The notes under the pieces were generated by a model that saw only the letters and a list, made by a program, of their open reading frames with translations, was not told the origin of the DNA and searched no databases. The position numbers and the translations under genes are program-made. From Selaginella moellendorffii (lineage: Eukaryota > Plantae > Lycopodiophyta), in assembly GCF_000143415.4 (NCBI RefSeq), contig NW_003314272.1, forward strand, positions 964,184-1,028,183: DNA of 64,000 nucleotides, written 5' to 3'. Position 1 is the first letter of the stretch. Each line of letters starts with the position of its first letter. This document shows positions 16,055 through 26,501 of the stretch, in pieces.

Positions 16055-16153
16055 CTCGTAGGAGGATTTTTTAGTCGAGAGGTACGTATGGCTGTAAAAA
16101 AATTCTTACTGCTTTGAATGATGTCTGGAAAACGATTCCTTCGTACCGATTGT

Positions 16154-17683
16154 TTAATCCAGATAAGCGATTCCCGAGAACACTGGCTTCGCAGGCCCGG
16201 TCATATAGACGTGGTTGTTTGCTTCTTTCCACTCTATCTCCAGTGGACCACCCGGAAGATCGACAACGCATCTCTAGGATACCTTGCGTGAGTGCCATGA
16301 AATGTGAGGTAGACAGTACGTACCCTTTGTGCTCGTCCTTCCAAGACTGCCGCTACTACGACAGCGCAAGCTCCAGTTCCACAGGCCAAGGTCGGACCTA
16401 CAACATAGAGTATAATATCAGATTCAAAGCTATGGTACCATGTTCACGAATTTTACCTGCGCCTCTCTCCCACACTCTCATCCTGAGGTGAGTATCGGAC
16501 AACACTTGGATAAACTCTGGATGTTTAAGGCCAATGATGTTACTTGCAATCGAATCGCTTCGTCAACTTCAGGAAAGAAACGCTCACCAGTATTTGTTCT
16601 TGCAGGAAAAACCTCATGGTGCTCGAAAAGAGGTCCAATCTTCTCCAAGGGCAGCTTATTCACCTCGAGATCCTGGATAGAGATGGGAATAAGGAAATGA
16701 GAAGCATTCAAACATGTTTGATTACCCCTTTAGCATCTTGCTCCCCAAATGTCACACAGTGTGGATTACCCATGCTCACGCAAGTGACGAGCCAGGTTTT
16801 TCCATCCACAACCAGCGGTTGCTTCACTACTGCGCCGTCGGCATTAACCGGAAGCTTTGTGGGAACCTCGGCACCTTTCAGCGTAGGAGGTCCCATATCC
16901 ACTGCAACCTGTGGATTGAATCAGTCCCAGCGCATGGAAACTAGACTACATGAAAGCTAGAGTACCTGTCCATCAGGACGAAGCTCGGGAATAATTGTTC
17001 CAGCAAGAGTGTGTATCTTGTAGCTGTAAGGTAAGTTCTTGTAAGAACAAAGACGAAAGAAAACCAAAAGACGTGATCAAACCTTCGAGGTTCTAGAGTT
17101 CCTTCCAGCCGTGCCACGAAACGAGCCATGCAACGAATCCCATTTCCACACATCTAGAGAGAACCAAGAACACAAGACAATCGCTAAAAAGAGTCAACTC
17201 TCATTCACCTCTGGCTCACTGCCGTCGGAGTTGTAGATCCGCATGGAGTAGTCGCAGCCTTGGGTTCCCGGCATAGCAAAGATGACACCATCGCCTCCCA
17301 CGCCAAAGTTTCGATCGCAGAGCTTGATCGCATCCTCCGGAGAAACTTTTGGAGCCGAGGAATCACGATTGTCGACCTGGAAATCCCAATAAGAACACTC
17401 ACAACACAACACACACCACGCATACCAGTATGAAATCGTTTCCCAGGCCGTGATACTTGACGAAATCGAGCGTTCGCTGCTGGAGCGACGAAGAAGAGCG
17501 CATCGATTCCAAATGCGATCGCTCCTGGACAACAGCGTGCGCCAGAGCCACGGCTTTCAATCTGGATCCACGCTGCGACAAGAACACCCTAGATCCAGAG
17601 CTACATCTCCTTCCCAGCGGCGACAATCGCGAAAATCCCTGGCATTGCGCGGCACCAGCATTCTGAGCACAAGCCGCCGCCAT
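16154..17683 (-). CDS. DAPF: Diaminopimelate epimerase, plastid-targeted, multi-exon
   Basis: Transit-peptide-like N-terminus; [59 protein letters not shown]...MTGPA. Confidence 0.95.
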
Positions 17684-17804
17684 GGAGGAAGAGAATGACC
17701 TAGAACTAGAAAAATATTTTAAACACAAGACTCTTTCTATTAGAATTTCATCGATCGAGAAGGCTACATAGAAATCCCAATCCCAAAATTTCGCCAGGGT
17801 CTCT

Positions 17805-18124
17805 TCATCTCAGCCTTCTAGCTTCTCTTTCGGACTCGAGCAGCGTGAGGATGTCACCTACACAAGAAATTAGCCCCAAAGATCAATCTTCGATTCGATC
17901 GAGAGGATCGAGAGCTTACCTTCGCGGATCGGCCCCTTGACATTGCGCATGATGAGACGATTCTGGTCGTCCAGGAACTTCACCCGGACTTGGGTCACTT
18001 GCCCGCGAGATCCCGTCCTGCCGATCACCTTGGTCACAATTGCGAGCTTCACCGGCTGATCCTGTAAGAAACAAGCACGAAATCGTCAAATCCAGCTCTA
18101 GCTTTCCCTATCCTCACAGACCAT
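17805..18124 (-). CDS. RPS28: 40S ribosomal protein S28, 3 exons
   Basis: M|[48 protein letters not shown]|[16 protein letters not shown]. Confidence 0.96.
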
Positions 18125-18269
18125 GGCGCGGCGCTTGCTAGTTCCCGGCGGCTCTCAAGAACCCTAAAACTCTTCAGCTAGGGTTTTAAAACTACCGTTC
18201 GATTGGAATGGCTTTTAACGGTGGAAAATGGCATATTCTCTCTTCTCTTCTTTCTAGCCCTAGATCGTT

Positions 18270-18912
18270 ATGGCGTTCTCCGCGGCCGCTGGACGAGGCG
18301 TCTGGGCGGAGAATGCTGTCGATACGCTCGCCGCGCACTTCGATCGAGCTCACAACTCGCTTCTGGTATGATTTCCAGAGCTACATTTGGATTTCTCGCG
18401 AAGTGGCGCTTGATTACAGCTGATTCAATACAGATTGGACGAGGAGCTCAGCCGAATCTACGGGAATGACGATGTAAGCCGCCGATCCCTTGCGCATTGA
18501 TTCTCAAACCGTGGAAATTCCAGGTAAACCCGATGAAGATCCAAGCGCGCTTGAATAAGCTCCAGGAGGAGCTCCCTGTGTTGGAAGCCGAGTGTAAGAG
18601 GCTTCTAGCCGCCAAGCAGGTATGCTAGACATCTCTCAATCCCGCGATCACTGCCAAGCATCTCATGGAATTTCTCTTCACAGGAGTTTATAGAGCAAAC
18701 GGTTGGCTCACTCCTTCACAACAAAGCCACACTGGAATCTTTGCAAGCCCGGGCTGGCACTGCCACAAACAACGAAGACGTCGACCAGCCGGACGAATCA
18801 TCGGCCCAATCGCTCGAGAAGGTACTCAAACTTGCCGTGAAAGAAAAATCACTTACAAGTGCTCTTCTCATGATAGATTCTCAAAGAATGGAAAGAACTC
18901 AAACCCCTGTGA
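18270..18912 (+). CDS. SKA2: Spindle and kinetochore-associated protein 2 (FAM33A)-like, multi-exon
   Basis: Spliced: AVDTLAAHFDRAHNSL-LIQYRLDEELSRIYGNDD-VNPMKIQARLNKLQEELPVLEAECKRLLAAKQ-EFIEQTVGSLLHNKATLESLQARAG, matching the plant SKA2 pattern (NPMK...CxxLLAAKQ). Confidence 0.75.
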
Positions 18913-19084
18913 GCGGATCTACCAGGTAAGAACGATGAACTTCCAGTCAGCTAGCTCTAACTCTCATTTTTTCGTGCCAGATCCTCGGAGATGAGATAAG
19001 AAGCTTTCGTTTAAGTTCGTAAAAGCTACCTGTGCTAACTCTTTCACAAGGAAATTACAATTCGACTCCACAACTCTATCTTAT

Positions 19085-22000
19085 CTATCTAGTCTTGAAC
19101 CTCTTGGCCGGAGGAGCTTTGGGAGAAGCTCTCGTCTTACCAGTCATCTTAGCCTTCCTCCTCCTCCTCTCGTCCTCGCTATCCGACTCGTCTCCCTTCT
19201 CCTTGTCCTCCTTGGACGCCTTCGCCTCTAGCTCGTCCCAGCTCATGCCTTCTTCCTCGTCACTGTCCGCCTCCTCCTCCTCATCGTCCTCCGACTCCAC
19301 CACCGACTCGTCGTCCGAGCCCTCGTCCTCGGACTCGGACGGCTCCTCCAGGTCGCTCGGCTCGTACCCCTTGTCCGACTCCTCCGACTTCTCCGACTCC
19401 GAGTCGGACGCCTCCATGTTGAGAAACTCCCACCCGCCGTCGTCAATGAACTTCTTGGGGTCGTCCAGGATCGTCTTGAGAATAGGCCGCCAGTTGAGAT
19501 TCATCCTACTCTCGTAGTACTTGATCGCCATGGAGTTGAGCCACTCCTTGATGTTGTCCAGGGACGTCGACGGGATGGCGTCGATGCGCAGCACGTCCGT
19601 CTTGAAGTCCTTGAAGATGATGGCCATGTCGAAGGCCTTTTGAGCGAAGCCAACTCTCTCCAGGTTGACGAGCTCGATGTCCTCCACCGTCACCACCAGG
19701 AACGGGAACTCGATCAGCTCCACCAGGCACTTGACCGTCGGCACAATGAACGCCGATGTCTTGTTCGGCACCCCGTGGAAGCCGAGCTCCCGGAACGGGA
19801 TATCAAACTCGAGGCCGAAGTTCCTGAGCGCCGGCTGCTCCCACAGGTCCGTCACCTTCTTCACGAACACCTCAAACTCCTTGTTGAGCTTGTTCTTCCG
19901 CTCCCTCTCCGCCTGCTCCTCCTCAATCTCGTCCGGATCGAAGTGCGACCGCCTGCTACCACCGACGTTTTGTACGCCGTCCATCACCTCCACGAAGAAC
20001 TGTACGTCCTTGGCCTTCTTGTTCCCGACCATGATGTGGTTGTGGAGGTGGAAGTGCAACAAGGTGATCATCTCCTTCTCGGCCGGCTGGAAGAATGCGT
20101 GCCTGATATTCCTGTAGAGGATGTCCACCGTCTCCTCGGCCTTCATGGTGGAGTACCGGAGCCCGTTGACGTGAGCCTCGAGCGTCCCCCGCCTCCTCTT
20201 TCGACCGGCAAACGGTGGCCGTATCCACAGATCCGACAGCCGGATGGCCTTCCCCTTGGAGATCTGGAGCTTCTCCTGGGTGACGAGCGTCGCCCGCTCC
20301 GCCTTCTCGGACTCCCTCTGAGAGACTTGCCGCTTCAGCGTCTTCATCATCTGGACGATCTGCGTCGAGTGCTTGATGTCGCTCGTCCGGAAAGAGATCT
20401 CCTTGAGATATATCATGTGCGGGAACTTCTGGAAAGGGACGTCGTTCGTAGTGAACCCGGCTCCAGGGACGTTGAAGATGATCCGGATGATGGAGGAGTT
20501 GAGGTCCTGGTGATTGTTGATGGTCCTCACAGTCGCGATGTGGAAAGGAACCATGATACCGTAGATTGGAAGCAGCACGGCTTCGTTCTTCTGGTCGACC
20601 TGGATCATCAGCTCGCGGCTGAATGGAAGCTCGTCCACGTTTCGGTACGCAGTCATCTCCCCGGACGACTTAACCATGTTGTTGCCTTCTCCATGGCCGA
20701 AGGCACCCGCCGCCAGCCTTCTCGCGGTCTCCTCGTTCTTCTTGAGCGCGAGCTCTGCCTGCATCTGCCGCCGCTGGTCCTCCTTGGTCATTTCCTGGTT
20801 GTCCGACCGGAGAGCCGTCTTCACGTAAACAGGCTCAGCACCATTCGAAGCCGGCTTCGACCTCGGCCTTTCCTCGGGCTCCTCATCACCGTCTTTGAAC
20901 GAGTACGCAATGTCCTGGAAGGCTTTCGAGGACAGTGATGTCACCACGTCGGGCCCCTTGTCACGAACAACGACGGTATCAGCGAGAAGAAGTCCGTAAG
21001 TCCGCGTCTTCGGATTGGAAGACTTGATCTCCAGATTTTGCAAGCCGATGTTTACGTTAAAAACCATGCCGGCCTTGATCACCTTCTCGTTCCTGGGATT
21101 CAAGCTCAGCCCGGATTCCCTGTACTCGATCCCAATGCCTGCTCCAGCTGATCTCGTCAAGAACGACGACAGCTCCGGTGCCTCACGCTCCAAAGTGGTA
21201 GCAGCAGCCTTGTACACCGCCGACATCAAGTTCCCAGGCCTCAGAGCGTTTATAGCCGCCTCTTGAGCTTTCAAAAGTGCCTTGTACGCTTTCTCCTGGC
21301 TGGTGTCCGCGTCAATGAGATACGTCCTGGCCACATTGGAGCAGTACATGTTGTAGCGACCCCCAAGAGCGCAGATGATCACCGCAGTCGCGTCGTAGTA
21401 AAGTGGATCCTCGTTGCTCTGCGCGCTCGCCTTGAGATCGAACACTCCACCACTCTGGAAGATTGGCGGGTAGCAGACGTCGGCACCCTCCGCCTTGAGC
21501 TTCATCTTCAGCTTCCCTGGAGGATCCAACATCACATTCTCCGTCTCTTCCATCAGCTCGGCGTGAGTCATGCGCTTCTCCTCGTCGATAACATGCTCCA
21601 GCTTCGGCACAACGAACGTCTTCATGGCCGTCGCGCTCAGGTACGCCGCCTTCTTCACGTTGTTGATCTCGCTCTCGTCCTTGACGGCAAACATCTCGCA
21701 CAAGCCGGCAGCAACGTCCACTTTCTCGAGCCGGGAGGACGAGAGGAGCTCGTCCCACTTCTCCATGAAACTCCCCTCCGTCTTCTCTTTCGCAAGAACC
21801 CCCAGGACCGGGGACCGAGACTGCGCCTTCACCGTGTCGAGGATCTCGAGCATCTGGGGGCCACCGTCTTCACTCCTGAGCTTCACGTGAAGAACCACGT
21901 CCACGCCGCACGACGTCCTGGCCGGCCGCTGGAGCTCCTCTAGGATCTTCACTTTCTTCTGGCTGCACAAGAAGTGGAGAGCTCCCTGGACGAACACCAT

Positions 22001-22255
22001 GAGGGTGTCTGGAAACTCGTATCCCAGCATCCAGATGTTCAATGCCGACGATTTGAGGTAGCGCAGCTCGGACGCCTCGGCCCTGGGCGGCGTGAAGACC
22101 GCCACCGCGTCGGCCCCGCCCCAAAGCTCGTTCTTTTCGTCCGCCCAGCATTTGTAGAAGATGTTGAGCCGCTTCACGAAATCGTCGATGTTGATGTCGT
22201 AGCCGCTGTCATTGGCCTTGCTCTTGGCATCGCCGCCATTTCTCGAGTCCGCCAT
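19085..22255 (-). CDS. SPT16: FACT complex subunit SPT16 (intronless CDS, probable 5'UTR intron)
   Basis: ~1056-aa ORF: LRYLKSSALNIWMLGYEFPDT, YPPIFQSGG, VPFHIATV, GTLEAHVNGLRY, FFQPAEKEMITLLHFHL, DGGWEFLN, acidic C-terminal tail. Confidence 0.97.
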   Translation of the reverse strand: MADSRNGGDAKSKANDSGYDINIDDFVKRLNIFYKCWADEKNELWGGADAVAVFTPPRAEASELRYLKSSALNIWMLGYEFPDTLMVFVQGALHFLCSQKKVKILEELQRPARTSCGVDVVLHVKLRSEDGGPQMLEILDTVKAQSRSPVLGVLAKEKTEGSFMEKWDELLSSSRLEKVDVAAGLCEMFAVKDESEINNVKKAAYLSATAMKTFVVPKLEHVIDEEKRMTHAELMEETENVMLDPPGKLKMKLKAEGADVCYPPIFQSGGVFDLKASAQSNEDPLYYDATAVIICALGGRYNMYCSNVARTYLIDADTSQEKAYKALLKAQEAAINALRPGNLMSAVYKAAATTLEREAPELSSFLTRSAGAGIGIEYRESGLSLNPRNEKVIKAGMVFNVNIGLQNLEIKSSNPKTRTYGLLLADTVVVRDKGPDVVTSLSSKAFQDIAYSFKDGDEEPEERPRSKPASNGAEPVYVKTALRSDNQEMTKEDQRRQMQAELALKKNEETARRLAAGAFGHGEGNNMVKSSGEMTAYRNVDELPFSRELMIQVDQKNEAVLLPIYGIMVPFHIATVRTINNHQDLNSSIIRIIFNVPGAGFTTNDVPFQKFPHMIYLKEISFRTSDIKHSTQIVQMMKTLKRQVSQRESEKAERATLVTQEKLQISKGKAIRLSDLWIRPPFAGRKRRRGTLEAHVNGLRYSTMKAEETVDILYRNIRHAFFQPAEKEMITLLHFHLHNHIMVGNKKAKDVQFFVEVMDGVQNVGGSRRSHFDPDEIEEEQAERERKNKLNKEFEVFVKKVTDLWEQPALRNFGLEFDIPFRELGFHGVPNKTSAFIVPTVKCLVELIEFPFLVVTVEDIELVNLERVGFAQKAFDMAIIFKDFKTDVLRIDAIPSTSLDNIKEWLNSMAIKYYESRMNLNWRPILKTILDDPKKFIDDGGWEFLNMEASDSESEKSEESDKGYEPSDLEEPSESEDEGSDDESVVESEDDEEEEADSDEEEGMSWDELEAKASKEDKEKGDESDSEDERRRRKAKMTGKTRASPKAPPAKRFKTR

Positions 22256-22679
22256 GGCCGCCGCCAAGAAACCCTGCGCTTGCCCTCTTCAGTTAGCTAG
22301 GGTAATACGCGAGTGCCGCGAGATCGGCCGCACGGCGCTGGGATAAGCCCGCAAAGAAGGCAAGGATCGATCAGCACGGGGCCATTGCGAGCGCGGAACA
22401 AGGGAGCGATTACCTCAGCGCGCTCGCGGTCTCCCCATCGTCCCCTCTCGCTTCTCTTCGGCGCACCAACGAAAGAACCCTAAAGTTTTGGGGCATTTAA
22501 ATCGCATTAAGTCCAGGGGCGGGAGCTCCGCAACGGACGGCCAGGATGAGGCCGCCCGTCCCTAGCAAAGAACTAGGGTTTTAAACGGCGCCGCTATCAT
22601 CGAACGACAGGATCGATCTGTAAGTTCTTCGCTCCCGCCTGCGCTGTCTAGAATGTGATTCTCTCGGTTTTGCCACGGA

Positions 22680-23305
22680 CGTGATGAATCGATTAGATGT
22701 GTCAAGCGGTTTCCTGGCCGCTAATGAGCTCAACTCTTTCGAGGCATATCCATTCACTCCTGATCCGTCTATCACTTGCATTTCCTTTTCTTGTTGCGAA
22801 GAATCGATTTGCTGTGTGTGCTCGATGTATCGAAATCGAAGGTAGAACTTTTCTGTGAATGTGATGAATTGCGAAGAATCGATCTACTGTGTGTGCTCCA
22901 TGTATCAAAGCTAGAACTTTTCTGTGGCGAAAGTGATGAATCGATTAGATGTGTCAAGCGGCCTATGGCTGTTGATGGACTTAAACCTTTGAGGCATATA
23001 CATTCATTCCTGATCTGCCAGTAGAGAGTTATGTTTGTGATCGATCAATTGCTTCTTTCTCTTCATGCTCTAGTTCTTGCATCAATTCCTTTCAAGCTCT
23101 AAGGAGCATTCTTCTTTCTCTAGGAAAGATAGCGTTTTTTACAAACTTGGGCATAGTCTTTATTGATTGTTCGTTACCATTTTTCTTGTACTTAGATAAA
23201 TCGATCGAATGCTTTTTCTTTGTCTTCATGCTCTAGTTCTTCTTGCATGAATTCCTTACAAGCTCTTAGGAGCATTCTTTGTCTAGGAAAGATAGCGTTT
23301 TACAA
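22680..23305. repeat. Local tandem duplications in the leader of the HARBI1-like gene
   Basis: GTGATGAATCGATTAGATGTGTCAAGCGG at 22681 and ~22933; TTGCGAAGAATCGAT..TAGAACTTTTCTGTG at ~22794 and ~22869; ~100-nt unit at ~23040 and ~23200. Confidence 0.8.
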
Positions 23306-23348
23306 GATACTCACCAGTGGTTTTCTTCTTCTTTTCCTAGTCTTATGA

Positions 23349-24683
23349 ATGCAAATGGATTTCCTACAGTACCTCCTCTTTGCCTACTCGCAAGGCTTAA
23401 CAGACGTTTCCGCTGATATGCTTCTCGGAGACATGGCTCTGGATACACCACTACCATCGATCTTCATGGTGATGTCCGTGGCTCTCTTCGCAGCAGCGTC
23501 CACGCCTCAGGTCAGCAGAGAGTGTTGGAAGCTACGACGAGACGGCTTAATGTGGCAGGAAATGAAAAGCTTGGCCGCGTCCAGCGACCACGTAACCAGG
23601 GACAGAGAGTGGCTCAAGTTCTACCGCATGAGATTCTCGTCGTTCCAGTACCTCCTAGCGGAGCTCCGGCCCTTCATCGAGAATCCGAGCAGCGACTTTG
23701 TCAGGGAACCGGTTGACACAGAGAAAGCAGTAGCCATGGTCATTCATCGACTTGCCTGTGGCACCTCACCGAGAGCTCTCGCGGAGATGTACGATACCGG
23801 CGCCTCGACCGTCACAAAGTATACCAAGCTCATCACCAGCATTCTTGCGAGCAGCTCCCAGCTCTACTCCAAGTACGTGGTCATCCCCTCGGGAAACGCT
23901 CTCACAAAGGTGATAAGGAAGTTTGCATCGCTCTCGGGCACTCCCAACGTCTGTGGAGCAATAGGTGGATCTCACATCAAGCTCTACAACAAGCCAAAGC
24001 CAGCATATACTCCTGCCGACTATCTATCCAGCTATGGCTTCTACAGCGTCCTGCTCCAGGGCGTCTGCGACAGCGACAAGATTTTCTGGGACGTGTGCTG
24101 CAACGCTCCGGGTGGACTAGACGATGTAACGCATCTCAGAGCTAGTAGCCTCTGGAGGAGGCTGATCAACCGGGAGGTGCTGGCCCAGCCGACAATGAAC
24201 TTACAGGGTCGCCCGCTGCAACCATTTATCGTGGCGGACAGGCCATACCCGCTGATGCCGTTTCTTGTGACGCCCTTCCACTACGACCGAGACGACACCG
24301 TAAGCGAGAATGTGTTCGACATGCAGCTTTTGAAAGCCAGGGAGTGCATCGCCAACGCTTTCGGCCTCCTCAAGGCTCGGTGGAAGATATTGAGAAACAT
24401 GAACACGGACCTGAGATACGTAGCGCAGGCGGTCATGGCTTGCTGTGTCCTGCACAACTTCTGCCAACTCGCTGGGGAGCCGGAGCCCGAGACACAGGCT
24501 GACGACTATCCAAACAATAAGATGGCAGCTCCTCCACTTACGAACGAGCACGAGGTCGGGTTGCAAAACGAGGCAGTCGAGTACAGGCGAGCGCTCTTTC
24601 TCGACTGGCTCCGGAGGCAGCACGAAGAGGCGGAGCTGGAGAAGAGGAGAGCAAGTCAGATGGCGCGTCCCGGTTTTTCATAA
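23349..24683 (+). CDS. HARBI1/ALP1-like domesticated PIF/Harbinger transposase-derived protein (DDE_Tnp_4)
   Basis: FYRMRFSSF, AVAMVIHRLACG, PNVCGAIGGSHI, SVLLQGVCD..IFWDVCCNAPGGLDD, ADRPYPLMPFLVTPF, AFGLLKARWKIL, ACCVLHN; intact 444-aa ORF. Confidence 0.9.
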   Translation: MQMDFLQYLLFAYSQGLTDVSADMLLGDMALDTPLPSIFMVMSVALFAAASTPQVSRECWKLRRDGLMWQEMKSLAASSDHVTRDREWLKFYRMRFSSFQYLLAELRPFIENPSSDFVREPVDTEKAVAMVIHRLACGTSPRALAEMYDTGASTVTKYTKLITSILASSSQLYSKYVVIPSGNALTKVIRKFASLSGTPNVCGAIGGSHIKLYNKPKPAYTPADYLSSYGFYSVLLQGVCDSDKIFWDVCCNAPGGLDDVTHLRASSLWRRLINREVLAQPTMNLQGRPLQPFIVADRPYPLMPFLVTPFHYDRDDTVSENVFDMQLLKARECIANAFGLLKARWKILRNMNTDLRYVAQAVMACCVLHNFCQLAGEPEPETQADDYPNNKMAAPPLTNEHEVGLQNEAVEYRRALFLDWLRRQHEEAELEKRRASQMARPGFS

Positions 24684-24885
24684 CAGCTCTTCTACGCGTG
24701 ACTTGCCTCTTGACTAGCTTCGTAAGTCCTGGTCATGGCGATAGCGGCGATAGACAGCCACTCTGGTAAGCTAAATAACATTGTTTTCTCCTGCAGCTAA
24801 CAATTGCTTTTTATTTTTTATTTTTTGTTACAGCTAAAGGTCATCACGCAGAGTCTAGAGACTCTCGAGGTCGTTTTGCTCGATC

Positions 24886-26453
24886 ATGGACGCCATGAAT
24901 CTCTTCGCGGCTGCTGCATTTCTGGTGATCGGGCTGGTTTATTGGTTTGTCAATCGGCAGCGGCCTTCTACTCCTCCGGGACCTTGGAAGCTGCCTGTTG
25001 TTGGGAATTTACACCAATTGTTGGGAAAACAGCCTCATCGCGTGATCACCGAGCTCTCCAAGAAGTATGGTCATCTGATGTCCCTCCGGCTGGGATCAGT
25101 TCAAGCGGTGGTGGCTTCTTCTTCCCAAACAGCGAAGATCTTCTTGCAAACTCACGACGTGATCTTCTCGTCAAGGCCTGAAGTCGCGAACGCCAAGCTT
25201 CTCACTTATGGCTTCTCGGACATCATGTGGGCTCCTTACAGTCAGCAGTGGCGCGAGCTCCGCAAGCTCTCCGTCCTGGAGCTCTTCACTGCCAAGAGAC
25301 TGGAATCGTTTCAAGGCATCCGCAGAGACGAGACTCTCAACATGATCCATCGTCTGCTGAAGCTGGCTCGAGAGAAGAAAGTGGTAAACTTTCGGGACGC
25401 GGCAACAGAGCTCTCATGGAGCATAATTGGGACAATGGTTTCCAACAGGCAGGAGTTCGTCAATCTCGAAGAGGGCCTCAAAGTCAAGTCTTCACTCGAC
25501 CGAGCACTCCAACTCGCCGGAGCTTTCAACCTTGCCGACTACATACCGTTCTTCCGAGCTTTCGACGTCCAAGGATTTCGCCAACAAAGCCAGATCTTGC
25601 ACGAGCAGCTGGATTTCTTCTTCCAGGGCCTGGTCGACAGCCACAGGCGACAAGAGCGGCCCCCGAACGCCTCGGAGGACTTCATTGACGTGCTGCTGTC
25701 CATCCAGAAACAAAACGGTGTGGAGTACGTGAGCGACGACACGATAAAAGCGACAATCCAGGTTCGTTTTGTCCAGCTCGTTTCCTCGTAAATCGGCTGA
25801 CCATTTCATTGCAGGATATCTTCGCAGCTGGGACTGATACATCGTCCATGACTCTGGAATGGGCTCTCACCGAGCTGGTACGGCATCCGCGCTCTCTCCA
25901 GAAAGCCCAAGACGAGATAAGTTTCATAGTTGGAAACGACCGGATGGTGAGCGAGGCAGACATTCCGAAGCTCCAGTTCCTACAGGCGGTAGTCAAGGAA
26001 ACTCTTCGCCTCCATCCGCCGGGTCCTCTCCTCCAGCACCAGTCCATGGAGGACTGCAAAGTCGGGCCTTACAGCTTCCCTGCCGGGACCAGAGTGATCA
26101 TCAACGTCTACGGCATTTCCAGAGATCCAAGCTTGTGGGAGCAGCCTCTGGAGTTCGATCCTTGGAGGTTCCTTGACAAGCCCACGGCCAGCATCGACAT
26201 GAAAGGCCAGCACTTCGAGTTCATCCCGTTTGGTTCCGGCCGACGAATCTGTCCGGGGCTGGCCATGGGAGTGAGAACTGTGGAGCTCGCACTGGCACAG
26301 TCGCTCCACTGCTTCCACTGGCACTCGCCGGACGATCGAGTCCCAGATATCGAGGAAGTCTGTGGGATGACGCTGCCAAAGAAGAACCCATTGCTGCTAG
26401 CTCCATCGCCACGACTGGCCGACGCAGTGTATGGCGAGATACAAAGAATGTGA
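24886..26453 (+). CDS. Cytochrome P450, CYP71 clan (A-type), 2 exons (intron 25762-25814)
   Basis: N-terminal TM anchor, PPGP hinge, WRELR, AAGTDTS I-helix, ETLR, DPWRF (PERF variant), FGSGRRICPG heme motif. Confidence 0.95.
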
Positions 26454-26501
26454 TTTCGCTGTATTGATCTCAAAAATATCAAAGCAAAGAATTTGTGTTG
26501 T

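Noticed and set aside
19640-21943. Long plus-strand ORFs (432 aa, 226 aa) opposite SPT16
   Set aside because: Antisense shadows caused by high GC3 codon bias; no independent motifs.
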